Assembly: GCA_964016885.1 (NCBI GenBank)
Contig: OZ024757.1
Span: forward strand, 15,500,001-15,564,000
Length of the DNA: 64,000 bases
Source: Eledone cirrhosa
Lineage: Eukaryota
Direction of reading: 5' to 3'
In this document: piece after piece, positions 11,780-25,526 of the stretch
Layout of the letters: each line of letters begins with the position of its first letter
Numbering within the stretch: the first letter of the stretch is position 1
Program-made: the position numbers and the translations under genes
Notes under the pieces: model-generated
The model's input: the letters and a program-made list of their open reading frames with translations, nothing else
What the model was told of the DNA's origin: nothing
The model's database searches: none

Positions 11780-12116
11780 TCATTTCATTTTACGTCCGCT
11801 TTTTCCCTGCTTGCAAGGGTGGGACGGGAACTGATTTTGGCTTGATTTCTACAGCTGGATGCCCTTCCTAACACCAACCTCATTTACAGTGAGTGCTGGG
11901 TGCTTTTTTTTTTTCCCGTGGCACCTACACGTCCACTTTACAGTGGAATGATAGGGACCCCAGTCCCTATCATCTCATTTCTACAGCTGAGTAAACTGGA
12001 GCAATGTGAAATAAAGTGTCTTGCTCAAGGAAACAACACATCACTCGGTTTGAGAATTGAACTCACAACCTTTCGATTGCAAGGCCAATACTCTAACCAC
12101 TAAGCCATGTGCCTCC
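11776..12116 (-). mobile_element. Young chimeric SINE, copy 2
   Basis: Near-identical reverse complement of 3615-3956 and 23306-23629. Confidence 0.9.
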
Positions 12117-12710
12117 ACTTTATATATATATATATAAAACTAAGACTGCCATTTGCCTTAACTAGAACACAAACAACAAATCTAAACCAAAGCCATGCTA
12201 TCTATGAACTCAAGAAAATGAAAATTATAATCCTACAATCATCCCCTCCCTCCACACTCTCATGTACATATTGCACCAGTCATGCATTAAATTCAAACAT
12301 ATCTTTCAAAACTATACCCCACCTTGTAAAACTTGGTGAAGCCTATCCCCTATCCAGGTCTGATCCCAGTTAATTACAACCAGAGAGAGAGAGAGAGAGA
12401 GTAAACAAGAGAAGAGAGGAAGTGAGAAAGAGATTTGGATGAAGAAACACCCAGTATGTAGACACACAAAAACATATATAAATGTGGTTGGTGTTAGGAA
12501 GGGCATCCTGATGTAAAAAAGCCCCACCCAAAATAGGACTGTGTTTGAGCAAGGTATGGCACAGCCAACTGGCCAGGCTTGTCTCACAATGTGGACAACC
12601 GATCTAACACATGCAAGCGAGGAAAAAATAATAGATGTTAAAACTGTGATGAAGATGATGATATATAATAATAATTATGCACAAGCACATATATAGGGTT
12701 ATATATATAT

Positions 12711-13186
12711 AAAAAGGTGCAGAGCACTAGAAGTTGATGGAAACCGCGGAGTGGGCAGACCCAAGATGACCTGGGATGAGATGATAAAAGCCGACCTTAC
12801 CCAATTACACCTCTCAAAGACAATGATACACGACCGTGACTTCTGGCGTCACGCAGTAATACAGAGTACCCGACCTCCCATGGGTACAAGCTGAAGCATA
12901 TAGACAATATGCCCCCACACACCCCACCGCAAGGTGGTCGTGGAGGTGCCACGGCAAAAAAGCACCCAGCCCACACTGTAAAGTGGACGTGTAGGCGCCA
13001 CGAAAAAGGACCCAGCACTCACTGTAAATGAGGTTGGTGTTAGGAAGGGCATCCAGCTGTAGAAATCAAGCCAAATCAGTTCCTGTATGAGCAAGGCATG
13101 GTCAGCCGACCAGACACTGCCCACAACAGGACAACCGTCTAACCCATGCTAGCGTGGAAGACCGGACGTAAAACGGTGATGATGAT
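12711..13186 (+). mobile_element. RTE subfamily B 3' end with V-like 3' UTR
   Basis: Encodes KRCRALEVDGNRGVGRPKMTWDEMIKADLTQLHLSKTMIHDRDFWRHAVIQSTRPPMGTS*; tail GGACGTAAAACGGTGATGATG. Confidence 0.85.
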
Positions 13187-13192
13187 ATATAT

Positions 13193-13398
13193 ATAGGAAC
13201 GAGTAGGACCCCGACGGCTGAGCTCAAGCCGTTTTGACGGCTAATTCTGGACTAAATTTAGTCCAGAATTAGCCGTCGAAACGGCTTGAGCTCAGCCGTC
13301 GGGGTCCTACTCGTTCCTATTACCCACTCTACTACCCTAAGTATTGAGTACTTTGGTGCATTATGGTCCATCTGGTTCCTTACTACATTTCCTTTGTT
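13193..13398 (+). mobile_element. Snap-back element family F1 with a 128-bp palindrome
   Basis: 13193-13320 consists of two 64-bp arms with no loop (centre 13256/13257) and one mismatch, followed by the conserved F1 body and (TA)n. Confidence 0.85.
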
Positions 13399-13399
13399 A

Positions 13400-13544
13400 T
13401 ATATATATATATATACATACACATACATACACACACATATACAAACACACACACACATATATATATATACATATATATACATACATATATATATACATAT
13501 ATACACACACACATATGCATATATATATATATATACATATATAC

Positions 13545-13576
<32 letters not shown>

Positions 13577-13801
13577 GTGTGTGTGTGTTTGTATATGTGT
13601 GTATATATATATATATATACATACACACACTCAAAGATATACATAGATACATACATACATACATATATATGTGTATATATAATACAGGGAGAGAGAGAGA
13701 GGTAGACACAAAGGGAGTAAGATGAGAGGGAGAGAGAAGCAGAGAGGAGAAGTCAGAGGTATGTTTCAATATCTCATGACACCTTCATATGTTAAGTTGG
13801 T

Positions 13802-13843
<42 letters not shown>

Positions 13844-14602
13844 TAATGGAAAGAGAGAGTAATGGAAAGAGGGAGGAAGAAAGGGGGAGAAAGAGAGATA
13901 GTGATGGAAAAAGGGAGAGTAAGAGAGAGAGTAATGGAAAGAGGGAGGAAGAAAGGGAGAGTAAGAGAGATAGTGATGGAAAGCGGGAGAGAGAAAGGGA
14001 GAGTAAGCGAGAAAGGGATATAAATATATATAAAGAAAGAAGAATAGATAGGTAGATAGGATATATATATATATAGGTAGATGGGATATAAATATATATA
14101 TATATAGGTAGATAGGATATAAATATATATATATATATATAGGTAGATAGGATATAAATATATATATATATATATAGGTAGATAGGATATAAATATATAT
14201 ATATATATATAGGTAGATAGGATATAAATATATATATATATATACAGAAAGAAGAATAGATAGGTAGATAGGATAGATAGATTATATAGATAGATATGTT
14301 TCTTTTATTTGCCACCAGGGCATCAAAAGTGGGACAAGTACAATGGGGGGAGTTTACAAAACAAGGCGTCCTCAATAAGGAGGAGGCAATAACAATATAT
14401 AAAAATAAAATAAAATATAACAAAATCCTCAATAGAGAGGAGGCGCCTTGGGGGGGTCGCACACACCCCCGAAAAAAGTGTGCAACCCTTTAGATTATAT
14501 AGATAGATAGATAGATAGAGGGTGACATACAGATAGATAGAGTGACGTACAGCCAGACCGATAGATAGATAGCTAGCTAGGCAGGTAAATAGACAGATAG
14601 TG

Positions 14603-14700
<98 letters not shown>
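13400..14700. repeat. Compound microsatellites: (TA/CA)n, (GA)n, GA-rich minisatellite and (ATAGGTAGATAGGATATAA(AT)n)n
   Basis: Direct inspection. Confidence 0.85.
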
Positions 14701-14701
<1 letters not shown>

Positions 14702-15264
14702 AATATTCCAGGGAAATCTATTCAACCTCGTTAATAACTGCACCTACACAAGTGGCCATGCAGATATTGATCTGGCACAGCCTCCAAATAGTAGCAATAC
14801 TTGACAAAATAAGCTGAAACACTAGATCTTATTATATGCTTACTTTAACCAGAAAATTGTATAAACACAAATTATCTCCTACACTTTCACTTTCACCCCC
14901 CCCCCCCTATCCTCCTCCTTCGACTCTTCTCTTGCTCCCCCCCCCATTCCTCTAATCCTTTATTTATTTTCTTTTTTTCAACTGGCTGCAATCCACAGCA
15001 CACCCCCTCTCCCCACACTTACACCATGGATTTAAAATATTTGCATATGTGCATATGTTCATATGTGCATATTAGCACATGTATAATGAGCAGATAGTCA
15101 CCACACAATTTTGCTAATGTGCATCATCATACGTGCACACAAGATATTTGATATTACATCACTGAAGGTGCTTGGTCTAGCAGTTAGTGTGTTGGACTCA
15201 CAATCATATAGTTGTTGGTTTGATTCCTAGACTGGGAAAGTACCATACACAGACACGTGACATA

Positions 15265-15610
15265 TCATTCATTCATCATCATTTCACTTTACGTCCACTT
15301 TTTCCCTGCTTGCAAGGGTGGGACGGGAACTGATTCTGGCTTGATTTCTACAGCTGGATGCCCTTCCTAACACCAACCTCATTTACAGTGAGTGCTGGGT
15401 GCTTTTTTGCCGTGGCGCCTACACGTCCACTTTGCAGTGGAATGATAGGGACCCCAGTCCCTATCATCTCATTTCTACAGCTGAGTAAACTGGAGCAATG
15501 TGAAATAAAGTGTCTTGCTCAAGGAAACAACACATCACCCGGTCTGAGAATTGAACTCACAACCTTTCGATTGCAAGGCCAATGCTCTAACCACTAAGCC
15601 ATATGCCTCC
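15265..15610 (-). mobile_element. Young chimeric SINE, copy 3
   Basis: Near-identical to the other copies. Confidence 0.9.
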
Positions 15611-16195
15611 ATAGATCTTGTTAATTACAAAATTCACATGACATCATTCCATCATTATGTCTTTTACATCATCCTCATCATCATTTAATGTCCACTTTTC
15701 CTGTTATAAAAGGTTGGATAGGTCTACATAGACAAAGACAGTACTGAAACAGAGCCACTGATCTCCCAGACCAGGGATCTGTATCTCACTTCTGTACAGT
15801 CCAGTTAAGTAATACTTAGGCAGTGACTTTGATTATTTCCAATATAGTTATTTCGGATGTTGAAAATATTAGGAATAGCCAAACTCAATAATAATTGTTT
15901 CTACTTTTGGCACAAGGCCAGCAATTACCCAGTACATTACTGGTACTTTATTTTATCAACCTCGTAAGGATGAAAGGCAAAGTTAACCTCGACGGGATTT
16001 GAACTCAGCTAGAAAGCATGGCGTCCAACCCTCTACCGATACTGCCAATTCACCGCCCTTAATAATAATAATGAGGTTCTGATCAAATATTTTTTATTAA
16101 TAAAAAATATCTGATCAAAGACTTTTGATAATTACAATATAATAATGATTCTAATTTAGACACTTTTTTGCGGGGGGGGGGGGGGGGGGGGGGGG

Positions 16196-16500
16196 TTGAG
16201 AGATCACAGCTCTGATACTATGGGCATGTGGTTAGAATGTTTCAAGAGAGAATCACTGGACAGATTTTATGGGCAAAACCAACCGGTAGGAGACCCTGGC
16301 GTACACCTCAAGCAAGATGGTTGGATAACATCCATGAGCTTGGCTGGTAATGCTTTGGGATCCAGCCTGATCAGTTGGAGATGGTTGCTTCTGCAGGACC
16401 TGCTGGAAGTAATACTTGAGGACTCTACCCATGACCCTCCAAAGAAGAAGAAGAAGAAGAAGAAGAAGAAGAAGAAAAAGAAGAAAAACGAAGAAGAAGG
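16196..16500 (+). mobile_element. Degenerate RTE 3' fragment with (GAA)n tail, preceded by a G24 run
   Basis: Encodes ERSQL*YYGHVVRMFQERITGQILWAKPTGRRP...RWLDNI. Confidence 0.7.
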
Positions 16501-17961
16501 GTAAAACAATTCCATTGATCCCAGTGTCTAAGTGCTACTTATATTTTATCAACCCTGGAAGGATGAAAGGCAAAGTTGACCTCGACCGGATTTGAACTCA
16601 GAATGTAAAGATCCAGAACTAAATATCACAATGGCATTTTGTCCAACCATCTTCCACCATCACTGTTTAATGTCTATTTTCCATGCTTACATGGGTTAGA
16701 TGGCTGTCACATGCTGAGACCAGACTGGTCATGTGATTAAGTCCTGATTGTACACATTATTTTGGCCTGGTTTCTACAGCTGGACACCCTTCATTGTGCC
16801 GACCATTTTACAGCATGTACAGTAGCACTAACAGTTCTGATAACCCACCACCCTTAATTAAAATATGATACCTAACATAGACAAAGGCTAGCAATTTAGA
16901 GGAAAAAAGAATGCCAACCCCAGTACTTGACAGTTATTTTATTTTATTGACCTCAGAAGGGTGAAAGGCAAAGTTGACCTTAGCAGGATTTGAACTCAAA
17001 ATGCAGAAAGTTCTAACTAAACACAGCAAGGCATTTTGTCTGATGATGTAATGATATGGCCAACTCATTGCCCTGCACATAATTATAATATACTAGACCA
17101 CTCATGACCCATGGGTCACATTCACTTAGAAATATTTTAAAAAATCATGTTCACTTAAAAATAATTTTTAAATAATTAAAATATATACAGACATGTATAT
17201 AATGTGAAATGAAACTGGAAGGCTCATATATATACGTGTAGGTATGTATATAAAGGTGTGTGTGTGTATATATATGTGGGTGTTTGATCTGTATACACTG
17301 GTCATAGATACACATACACATATACACACACATATATATATGTGCACACACACTCACACACATATATATACACACACACAACACCACCACCACCAGCTCT
17401 CTTCCCGTCCCCCTTCTCTGTTTCCCCTCCCTCTCTCTATGTCTCTCTTTCAATCTACTCTGTCACAACCACTATGTCTTCCTCTCTATCTTTCTCTCTC
17501 TTTGTTTATGAAGGTACCCGCTAAAACCCCATATCTTGGGAACCAGTGATCCGATTTATGCGAAACTTGTTTTATTCCATTTGTATTCCCATTTCAGGTG
17601 CAATTTTCTTTCAAAGTATTTTCCGATTATGCACCCTTTTGGCTGTATTACATTACAGACAAGCAAGCAACAACAGAGTTTTAGTAATATATAGATAATA
17701 CCAGGAGTCATTAGAAATAACCACACACATCTTTTTATTGTCATCAGCATCCTTTTATAACTATGATTACAATACATGGGGTCACTGCACCTCACAGAAA
17801 CACAGAGGACATTGAGGTTTACACCATCAGTTTCCTTTGAATTACATAATCAGCACTGAGAAGATTCATTTGGGATTCTCATCTATAGTTTCTTGGTTGA
17901 AAAAACCTGGAAGACACCAGCGTCACTCCACCAATTAAATCAACACCAATACTTGAATGTG

Positions 17962-18250
17962 AAGGCATGTGGCTTAGTGGTAAGGGAGTTTGATTTATGA
18001 TCAAAATGTCATGGGTTTAATTCCTGGGCTAGGTTGTGTGTTGTGTTATTGAGCAAAACACTTCATTTCTCATTGTTCCAGTATACTCAGCTGGAAATGA
18101 GTACCAGCACTAGTAGGGGGTTTAACCAAGTGATGGACGGGGGTCCTGTCCAGGGGAAGTTTTGTACTCTCATTTGCTTCATTCTACAGAAAACAGGATA
18201 ATCATTGGCCTGATGAGCCCCCAAAATTGAGACAGACTTTAGACTTAACT
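17962..18250 (+). mobile_element. Older tRNA/CORE-like SINE
   Basis: GGCATGTGGCTTAGTGGTAAGG...TTGAGCAAAACACTTCATTTCTCATTGTTCCAGTATACTCAGCTGGAAATGAG. Related old copies at ~2660-2910(-), 24430-24560, 31720-32060, 32940-33065(-), 52818-53020 and 54990-55300(-). Confidence 0.7.
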
Positions 18251-19127
18251 GGAACTTTGGCAGTTTTTGTGAGGCATTTGATGCTGCCTTTGTGATGCTG
18301 CCTTTGTGATGCTGCCTTTGTGATGCTGTCTTTGTGATGCAGCCTTTGTGATGCTGTCTTTGCTACGTTGAGGGGGTGAGTGTTAGCCAGATAAGTTAAA
18401 CAGATCTATAACGAAACAACAATTAAAATACTTTCCACACTGATTAGATGCTTTATTTGCTAAATTTTCGATATGGGGGTGCCGGCCAGCTTAATGGCAA
18501 CAAGCTAAATGCTGGCTCCTCATATCCCAAAATTTAGAAGTTGCTTGTTTACATATCTTAATGTTATCTCATGATCTCGGACCATTAGATGGGTGGAAAT
18601 CCCACCACCTAATTGTCGACCCCAGTGAAATATATATAATAGCCAGAGGCATAATGAAGGAAAATAGCTCTTATGGCAGCAACGAAATTGCACCCCTGCC
18701 CAGCACTGTATGTTTACCTATGGGCCTAATAATTTATATACATGGTTTAATGATCTAGCCACCATAGTGTTGACACCCATGATAATCTGAAGGAGTTTCT
18801 TTTTTCACTCTCTGAGGTTTATTTGACTTTAATAGAAAGAGCTTCTAGTCCATGTGGTGCTCCCTTCATGTGGTGTCCATGGCCATACCCTAACGCCACC
18901 ACTGATAATATCTAAATAGATACATTTATACACAACTTCATACGGTCCTTGCTATATTTACGGTATTGTATACTCCTGTTTGTACTACCAAAATGAAAGT
19001 GGATTAGTGCATGTCGTTGAGTGCTTTATTCTAATAATATCACTGTTAACTGAATGGAGTGTGGACTGCATAATTCTTGCTGGTTAACTCCCTATAAACA
19101 TTATATATATACATACATATATATACA

Positions 19128-19392
19128 AGTCCGAAATAAATGAGGTCGTGTAGGTGTCACGACAAAAAAAACACAGTCCACACTGTAATGTGGCCGTGGG
19201 GGTAACACGGTAAAAACCTCCCAGACCCACACTGTAAATGTAGTTGGTGTTAGGAAGGGCATCCAGCCGTGGAAAACCTGCCAGACAGTCCTATGCGAGC
19301 AAGACAACCAATCTTGCCTCAAGTGGGAAAATTCCCGTCCAAACCCATGCAAGCGTGGAAGATGGACGTTAAACGATGATGATGATGATGAT
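19128..19392 (+). mobile_element. RTE subfamily A 3' UTR fragment
   Basis: Matches 52160-52430; (GAT)n tail. Confidence 0.8.
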
Positions 19393-19583
19393 ATGTACAT
19401 GTATATATACATATATATATATGTATACACACATATATATATATATACATATATATATTTATATATATACACATATATATATATATGTATACACACATAT
19501 ATATGTATACACACACATATATATATATGTATACACACACACATATATATGTATACACACACACATATATATGTATATATATT

Positions 19584-19683
<100 letters not shown>

Positions 19684-19754
19684 CACACATATATATATAT
19701 ATATATATATGTATACACACATATATATATATATATATGTATATATATACATAT

Positions 19755-19927
19755 AACGAAGGAAATGTGGTAAGGAACCAGATGCACCATAACGCACCAA
19801 AGTACTCAATACTTAGGGTAGTAGAGTGGGTGATAGGAACGAGTAGGACCCCGACGGCTAATACTGGACGCGTCCAGAATTAGCCGTCGAAATGGCTTAA
19901 CCTCAGCCGTCGAGGTCCCACTCGTTC
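19755..19927 (-). mobile_element. Snap-back element family F1
   Basis: Body AAGTACTCAATACTTAGGGTAGTAGAGTGGG, then a foldback centred on CTGGACGCGTCCAG with one arm internally deleted. Confidence 0.8.
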
Positions 19928-19943
19928 ATATATATACATATAT

Positions 19944-21220
19944 CTAAGGCGGGTAAAATTCCCGAGATCCATGGACGAGTTCTCTCCAGCGGTCTCTGTC
20001 CCTCATTATCGCTGCCATATCCTGCATCTCCAACAGACCAGTGTCTGTCCTTAGGACATCAACATATGTTAACCTTGGTCTTCCTCTTCTAGTGTGTCCA
20101 TGTAGGGGCTCCCAAAGGAGCACTGAGTGCAATGTCAACTCTGGATGTTGGTGAGCATGTCCAGCCAACCTCAGTCTCCTCTGTGTCACTTTTGAGCTGA
20201 CTTTTGGGATGCTCCCATACAGCTCTGAGTTTTTCATCCTCAGTGTATACTGATTAATGTTCAGAGCCATCCTCAGCATTCTCGTGTAGCACCCATCCAC
20301 CATCTGAGTGAGTTTCTTGGTCAGTGTCCAAGTCTCAGACCCATACAGCAGGACAGACTCCACTACAGCAATGAAGAGGCGGACTTTCAGGTCTCTACGA
20401 AGGTCCGACTTCCACACCGATCTCAAGCTGTGGCACGCCGCCCAGGCCTTGCTCTTCCTCTCAACCACACCATCTTCCGTATTCCCAATCTTTGCTCCCA
20501 AATACAGGAAGTCCTCAACCAATTCCAGCGGCTTCCCGCCTACATTAGTGATCCCCTCTGGCTTCTCAACATTCTCTACCAGATATTTTGTTTTAGTCTC
20601 ATTCATTCTCAGCCCCACACTCATCGACACAGTCTCAACCTCCTGCATCAAATCCTCTGCCTCCTTCACTGTATTTGTCACCAAAACTATGTCGTCGGCA
20701 AATTCAGCATCCGATACCTTTTTCGCCCTAACTCTCCTGCTCTGAGCCGGTGCTACAGTAAAGCCAGAGTCCTGGTGTTTCTCCAGTGCAAGGCGCATAC
20801 AATAGTCCACTACGATGATAAAAAGGTAGGGAGCCAATGTATCTCCCTGGAGCACTCCAGCCAGTATCTCAAAGAACTCTGTCATCCCATCAGGTGTAAT
20901 GACTTGGGCTTTGGTGTTGGTGTAGAGCAGTGATATCAGGTCCACTATCCTCTTGGGGATTCCATAAGCCTGTAAGATCTTCATCAGGCAGTAACGGTCC
21001 ACAGAATCAAAGGCCTTCCTAAAGTCAATGAAAACCATGACCGCAGGAAGGCACTTTGCTCTAGCTCCCTCTAATATCCTCCTCAGCATCAGGATGTGAC
21101 TGGTGGTTGATCTACCCTCTCTGAAGCCGTTCTGGTTGTCCCTGAGCTTCTTCTCCATCTCAGGCTGGATCCTGTTAAGAATCATCCTGTTGAGGGTCTT
21201 TGCCACAAGTGACGTCAGAG
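19944..21220 (-). CDS. RTE-clade non-LTR retrotransposon reverse transcriptase and C-terminus (subfamily D), 5'-truncated
   Basis: Uninterrupted 420+ aa with QNGFREGRST, FIDFRKAFDSV, GVLQGDTLAPYLF, EFADD, FLYLG, LLYGSETWTLT and GRPRLTY. No endonuclease domain; the stop is followed directly by (TA)n. Confidence 0.93.
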
Positions 21221-21231
21221 TATTTACATAT

Positions 21232-21478
21232 CGAGAGAGAGAAAAAAAGGAAGGATAGGTGATCCATGTAGTTATTTGCCAAATAGCGTATGCAGAAGGT
21301 ACTCAATACTAGTGCTGGCAGTGTTAAATATTAGAAGTGTTAATATTTAGTGGGCGAGAGAGTTAGCAGAGCATAAGCACGTGGGAAAGTAAGAAATCGG
21401 AGAACAGCCCGTTAATACATGTTTATTTTAAATAAACATGTATTAACGGTCTGTTCTCCGATTTCTTACTTTCCCACG

Positions 21479-21479
<1 letters not shown>
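21232..21479 (-). mobile_element. Snap-back element family F2
   Basis: GTACTCAATACT motif at ~21299. Terminal palindrome at ~21379-21479 (ACGTGGGAAAGTAAG...CTTACTTTCCCACGT), ~50-bp arms with one mismatch, next to (TA)n. Confidence 0.7.
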
Positions 21480-21517
<38 letters not shown>

Positions 21518-21872
21518 GTATATATATATACATATATACATACATATATATACATATATACACATACATATATATACATATATACACATACATATATATA
21601 CATATATACATACATATATATACATATATATATATACATATATATACATATATACACATACATATATATACATATATACACATACATATATATACATATA
21701 TACATACATATATATACATATATATATATACATATATATACATATATACACATATATACATACATATATATACATATATATATTTATATACATACATATA
21801 TATACATATATACATACATATATATACATATATATATATACATATATATACATATATATATATACATACATA

Positions 21873-21908
<36 letters not shown>

Positions 21909-21951
21909 CATACATATATATACATATATACATACATATATATATACATAT

Positions 21952-21986
<35 letters not shown>

Positions 21987-22065
21987 AACACATACATATA
22001 TATACATATATACATACATATATATACACATACATATATATATATATACACATACATATATATAC

Positions 22066-22096
<31 letters not shown>

Positions 22097-22127
22097 CATA
22101 CATATATATATACATACATATATATAC

Positions 22128-22162
<35 letters not shown>

Positions 22163-22290
22163 AATACATACATACATATATATACACATACATATTATGT
22201 ACATATATGTATGCACATATATATATGTAATATGTGTGTGTATGTATATATGTATATATGTATGTGTGCATGTGTGTGTGTGTATTTATA
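21480..22290. repeat. (TA)n/(TACA)n compound microsatellite
   Basis: Direct inspection. Similar tracts at 19395-19754, 23105-23305, 48135-48990, 59170-59400 and 62715-63010. Confidence 0.95.
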
Positions 22291-22938
22291 ATAGTGTATA
22301 TATTTATAATAGTGTATATATTTAAATATAGTGAAGTGTTCAGGTACACAGAGTGAAGTATTCAGGTAAGGCAACTTAAGTGTCCAGCTACAATATGTAA
22401 GTGTTTGTATACAAGTATTTTAGAGACCCAGATATAAGAAATAAAAATAAAATGCATCAATATATTTTCTAATTAAGGAAAGTGTAATTGGAACTCCTGT
22501 AAGCAGCTTAACACCTCCTGACTATGTTACCATGGCCAACTATTTACATTAACTGTGTCAATGTATTTAGCTATATCTGTTAACACACAGCTAATCCTTC
22601 GTATATTTATTTATAGAGTTTACATACATTAGCAACAACTACAACAACAAGAGTTTCAAGGCTATTTTCCATGCTAAACCAGAGGTTAGCCTTGCCAGCT
22701 CCATGTTAGAATCTGTACTCATTGTGAAGGGGAGAGGTTGCCTTTTGAGGCAATGCTTTACAGCCAGATGCCCTTCCTGGCATCAACCATTTTAGTTGCC
22801 TTCTATAACACATAGAGATATGGTGTGCATATTTTAAACTGGATATACACAGGGATACACACATATGTGAGTGTATATATATATATATATATCAATAATA
22901 TTAATAAATGGAAACTATATTATTTATAAAACCATATT

Positions 22939-22999
22939 TATTCTATTATATATATTTCAAGGGTACCAAAACTTTGGTAGGCTCTCATCAGATAAAATA
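22939..22999 (-). ncRNA. Type I hammerhead motif (family H3a)
   Basis: TATTTTAT-CTGATGA-GAG-CC-TACCAA(AGTT)TTGGTA-CC-CTT-GAAA-TATATA-TA-ATAGAATA. Confidence 0.7.
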
Positions 23000-23214
23000 C
23001 AAAGCTTATTTTATAAATAGTGACATATCCAGGAAGGGGATCTTAACGGTTGAATTACCAACAAATTAAATAAAATATCCCTTTGCTTTTGTTTGTTTAT
23101 TTATTATATATATATATAGATATATATATGTATATATATATGTATATATATATGTATATATATGTATATATATATATATGTATATATATGTATATATATA
23201 TATATATGTATATA

Positions 23215-23305
<91 letters not shown>

Positions 23306-23629
23306 GGAGGCACATGGCTTAGTGATTAGAGCATTGGCCTTGCAATCGAAAGGCTGTGAGTTCAATTCTCAGACCGGGTGATGTGTTGTTTCCTTGAGCA
23401 AGACCCTTTATTTCACATTGCTCCAGTTTACTCAGCTGTAGAAATGAGATGATAGGGACTGGGGTCCATATCATTCCACTGCAAAATGGTCGTGGAGGTG
23501 CCACGGCAAAAAAGCACCCAGCACTCACTGTAAATGAGGTTGGTGTTAGGAAGGGCATCCAGCTGTAGAAATCAAGCCAGAATCAGTTCCCGTCCCACCC
23601 TTGCAAGCAGGGAAAAGCGGACGTAAAAT
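23306..23629 (+). mobile_element. Young chimeric SINE, copy 4
   Basis: Full head GGAGGCACATGGCTTAGTG to tail GGACGTAAAAT, inside (TA)n. Confidence 0.9.
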
Positions 23630-24631
23630 ATATATATCATCATCATTATTGTTTAACGTGTGTATATATATATATATATATATAAACATCTAACCTACAC
23701 TGTAAAGTGATCATGTAGGTGTGTGTCACAACAAAAAGCAGCCAGCACACACTGTAAATGTGGTTGATGTTAGGAGGGGCATTCAGCTATAGAAATCAAG
23801 CCAGAAGCAGTCATATATGACTGCCGAACTTGCCTCTAATGGGACAACCTGCTTAACTCATGCTATCATGGAAAATGAAAGTTAAACGATGATGATGATG
23901 ATAATATGTGTGTGTATATATATATATGTATACACACACATGTATATGTATATATATATTTAAAGAATAAGGATTAACCAGGATTTTATTTCAATCATTT
24001 AATTAATTTATGATTGTTTCATTAGATTAACAAGAAAAATTCCTGACTATAAAATCACATTGAGCTTCAAAATGATCTTTGTTTTTATATGATTGTATTA
24101 TCAATTCATTTAAACATATCTTATACATATATATATTTAGATATATTAGTCATCTGTGTGTGTATATATATATATAAATGTGTATATATATATCCATGTA
24201 TATAAATGTGTATAACTATATCTATATATATATATATATAGTAATTGGAAAGACCAATGGAAACATTGTTTCCTCAGTCTGATTTGACACACACACACAT
24301 ATGTGTGTCTGTGTGTGTATGTTAGTCCCCTCTTAAGACATGCTTAAGAGGTACTGTGTACCTATTCTAAACTGGATATACACAGAGAGCCTATATACAG
24401 TAGTACGTATAGAAATATGCACACATACATGGTGGTAAGGGTGTTCAGCTCACAATCATAATGTCATGAATTTGATTCTCAGTAGCACATTATGTCCTTG
24501 AGCAAAGCAATTTAATTTGTATTGCTTCAGTTCACTTAGCTAGCAAAACTGAGTTTGTACTCGTAATGTCTTAACACTTTTGGAAAGACCCTACCTGAAA
24601 CTGATCCTGGTTCTATGTAACATTGTTTCTA

Positions 24632-24810
24632 TTAACCCTTTAGCATTTACATTATTCTGTATACAATATTGTATTTTTGTGGTAAAGGCCACATCTTACA
24701 TAATTATCCCCACATAATGTCAGTATGAGCGGTCAATTATGGTGAGTTTGAACAGAAAGAGGTAAGAGGATTCTGGCTGGATATGGCCGGTTTGAATGCT
24801 AAAGGGTTAA
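24632..24810. mobile_element. piggyBac-type MITE (TTAA flanks, TIR CCCTTTAGCATT)
   Basis: TTAA-CCCTTTAGCATT...AATGCTAAAGGG-TTAA. Another copy at 32167-32419. Confidence 0.8.
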
Positions 24811-24826
24811 AGTGTTCACAAAGCCC

Positions 24827-25083
24827 AGTACCGCAGAGGACAGGAAGACAAGCAAATACCGGGGCCTGTCTGAACACTTCCTCTTCACACTGGTAGTCAT
24901 TGAGACCTCAGGTGTCCTCGGACCCTGTACAGCTGACCTCCTCCATGAAATTCGAATGATAGCCATCTGTCTGTGGAAGTAGCCCTCAACGGTGGGGTGG
25001 CTGTTGCATTGGTGTTGTTGGCCAGTGTCCATGGAAATGCCTTTGCCATTTTGTCCATGGGACACAGTCGAAACACTGCTTAG
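24827..25083 (+). pseudogene. Decayed C-terminal restriction-like endonuclease fragment of a CRE-clade non-LTR retrotransposon
   Basis: Encodes AEDRKTSKYRGLSEHFLFTLVVIETSGVLGP...LLHEI and, after decay, HGNAFAIL; fits the CRE pattern AE..K..KY...F.P..IET.G..G...QRGNA..IL. Confidence 0.7.
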
Positions 25084-25526
25084 ACATACTAATAACTCAG
25101 ACAATCCTTTACCTAAAAAAATAAACTATGTCATTATACTATGACACTGCTATGTTGCAACACTATTACACCTCTACATTATTATGCTGCTTGGGTCGGA
25201 CGACATGCTTTGCAGCATAGAGTTACGGCCCTTTATGGTCTGAGTTCAAATCCCGCCGAGGTTAACTTTGCCTTTCATCCTTACTTTGTCAATAAAATAA
25301 AGTACCAGTAACGTACTGGGGTCGATTTGATCAACTTTCCCCTCCCCCCCAAATAACTGGCCAGTGCCTATACTAGAAATCATTATTATGCTACTTGACT
25401 ATGACACTACTACCAACACTACACCAAAACACTACACTATTACATACACTAAACCACCACCACCACCATCATACCAAAACCACTCCACCACGACACCAAC
25501 ACCACCACTACACCACCACCACCATG

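Noticed and set aside
15358-15597. Recurrent 79-aa ORF MPFLTPTSFT... as a gene family
   Set aside because: It is the antisense reading of the young SINE.
18205-18240. Hammerhead at CTGATGAGCCC
   Set aside because: It is part of an old SINE 3' region and has no stem II or GAAA.
21419-22349. YI/CV-rich ORFs here and elsewhere
   Set aside because: They are translations of (TA)n/(TACA)n microsatellites.
23306-23380. tRNA gene
   Set aside because: It has A/B boxes but no acceptor stem and continues into the SINE body.
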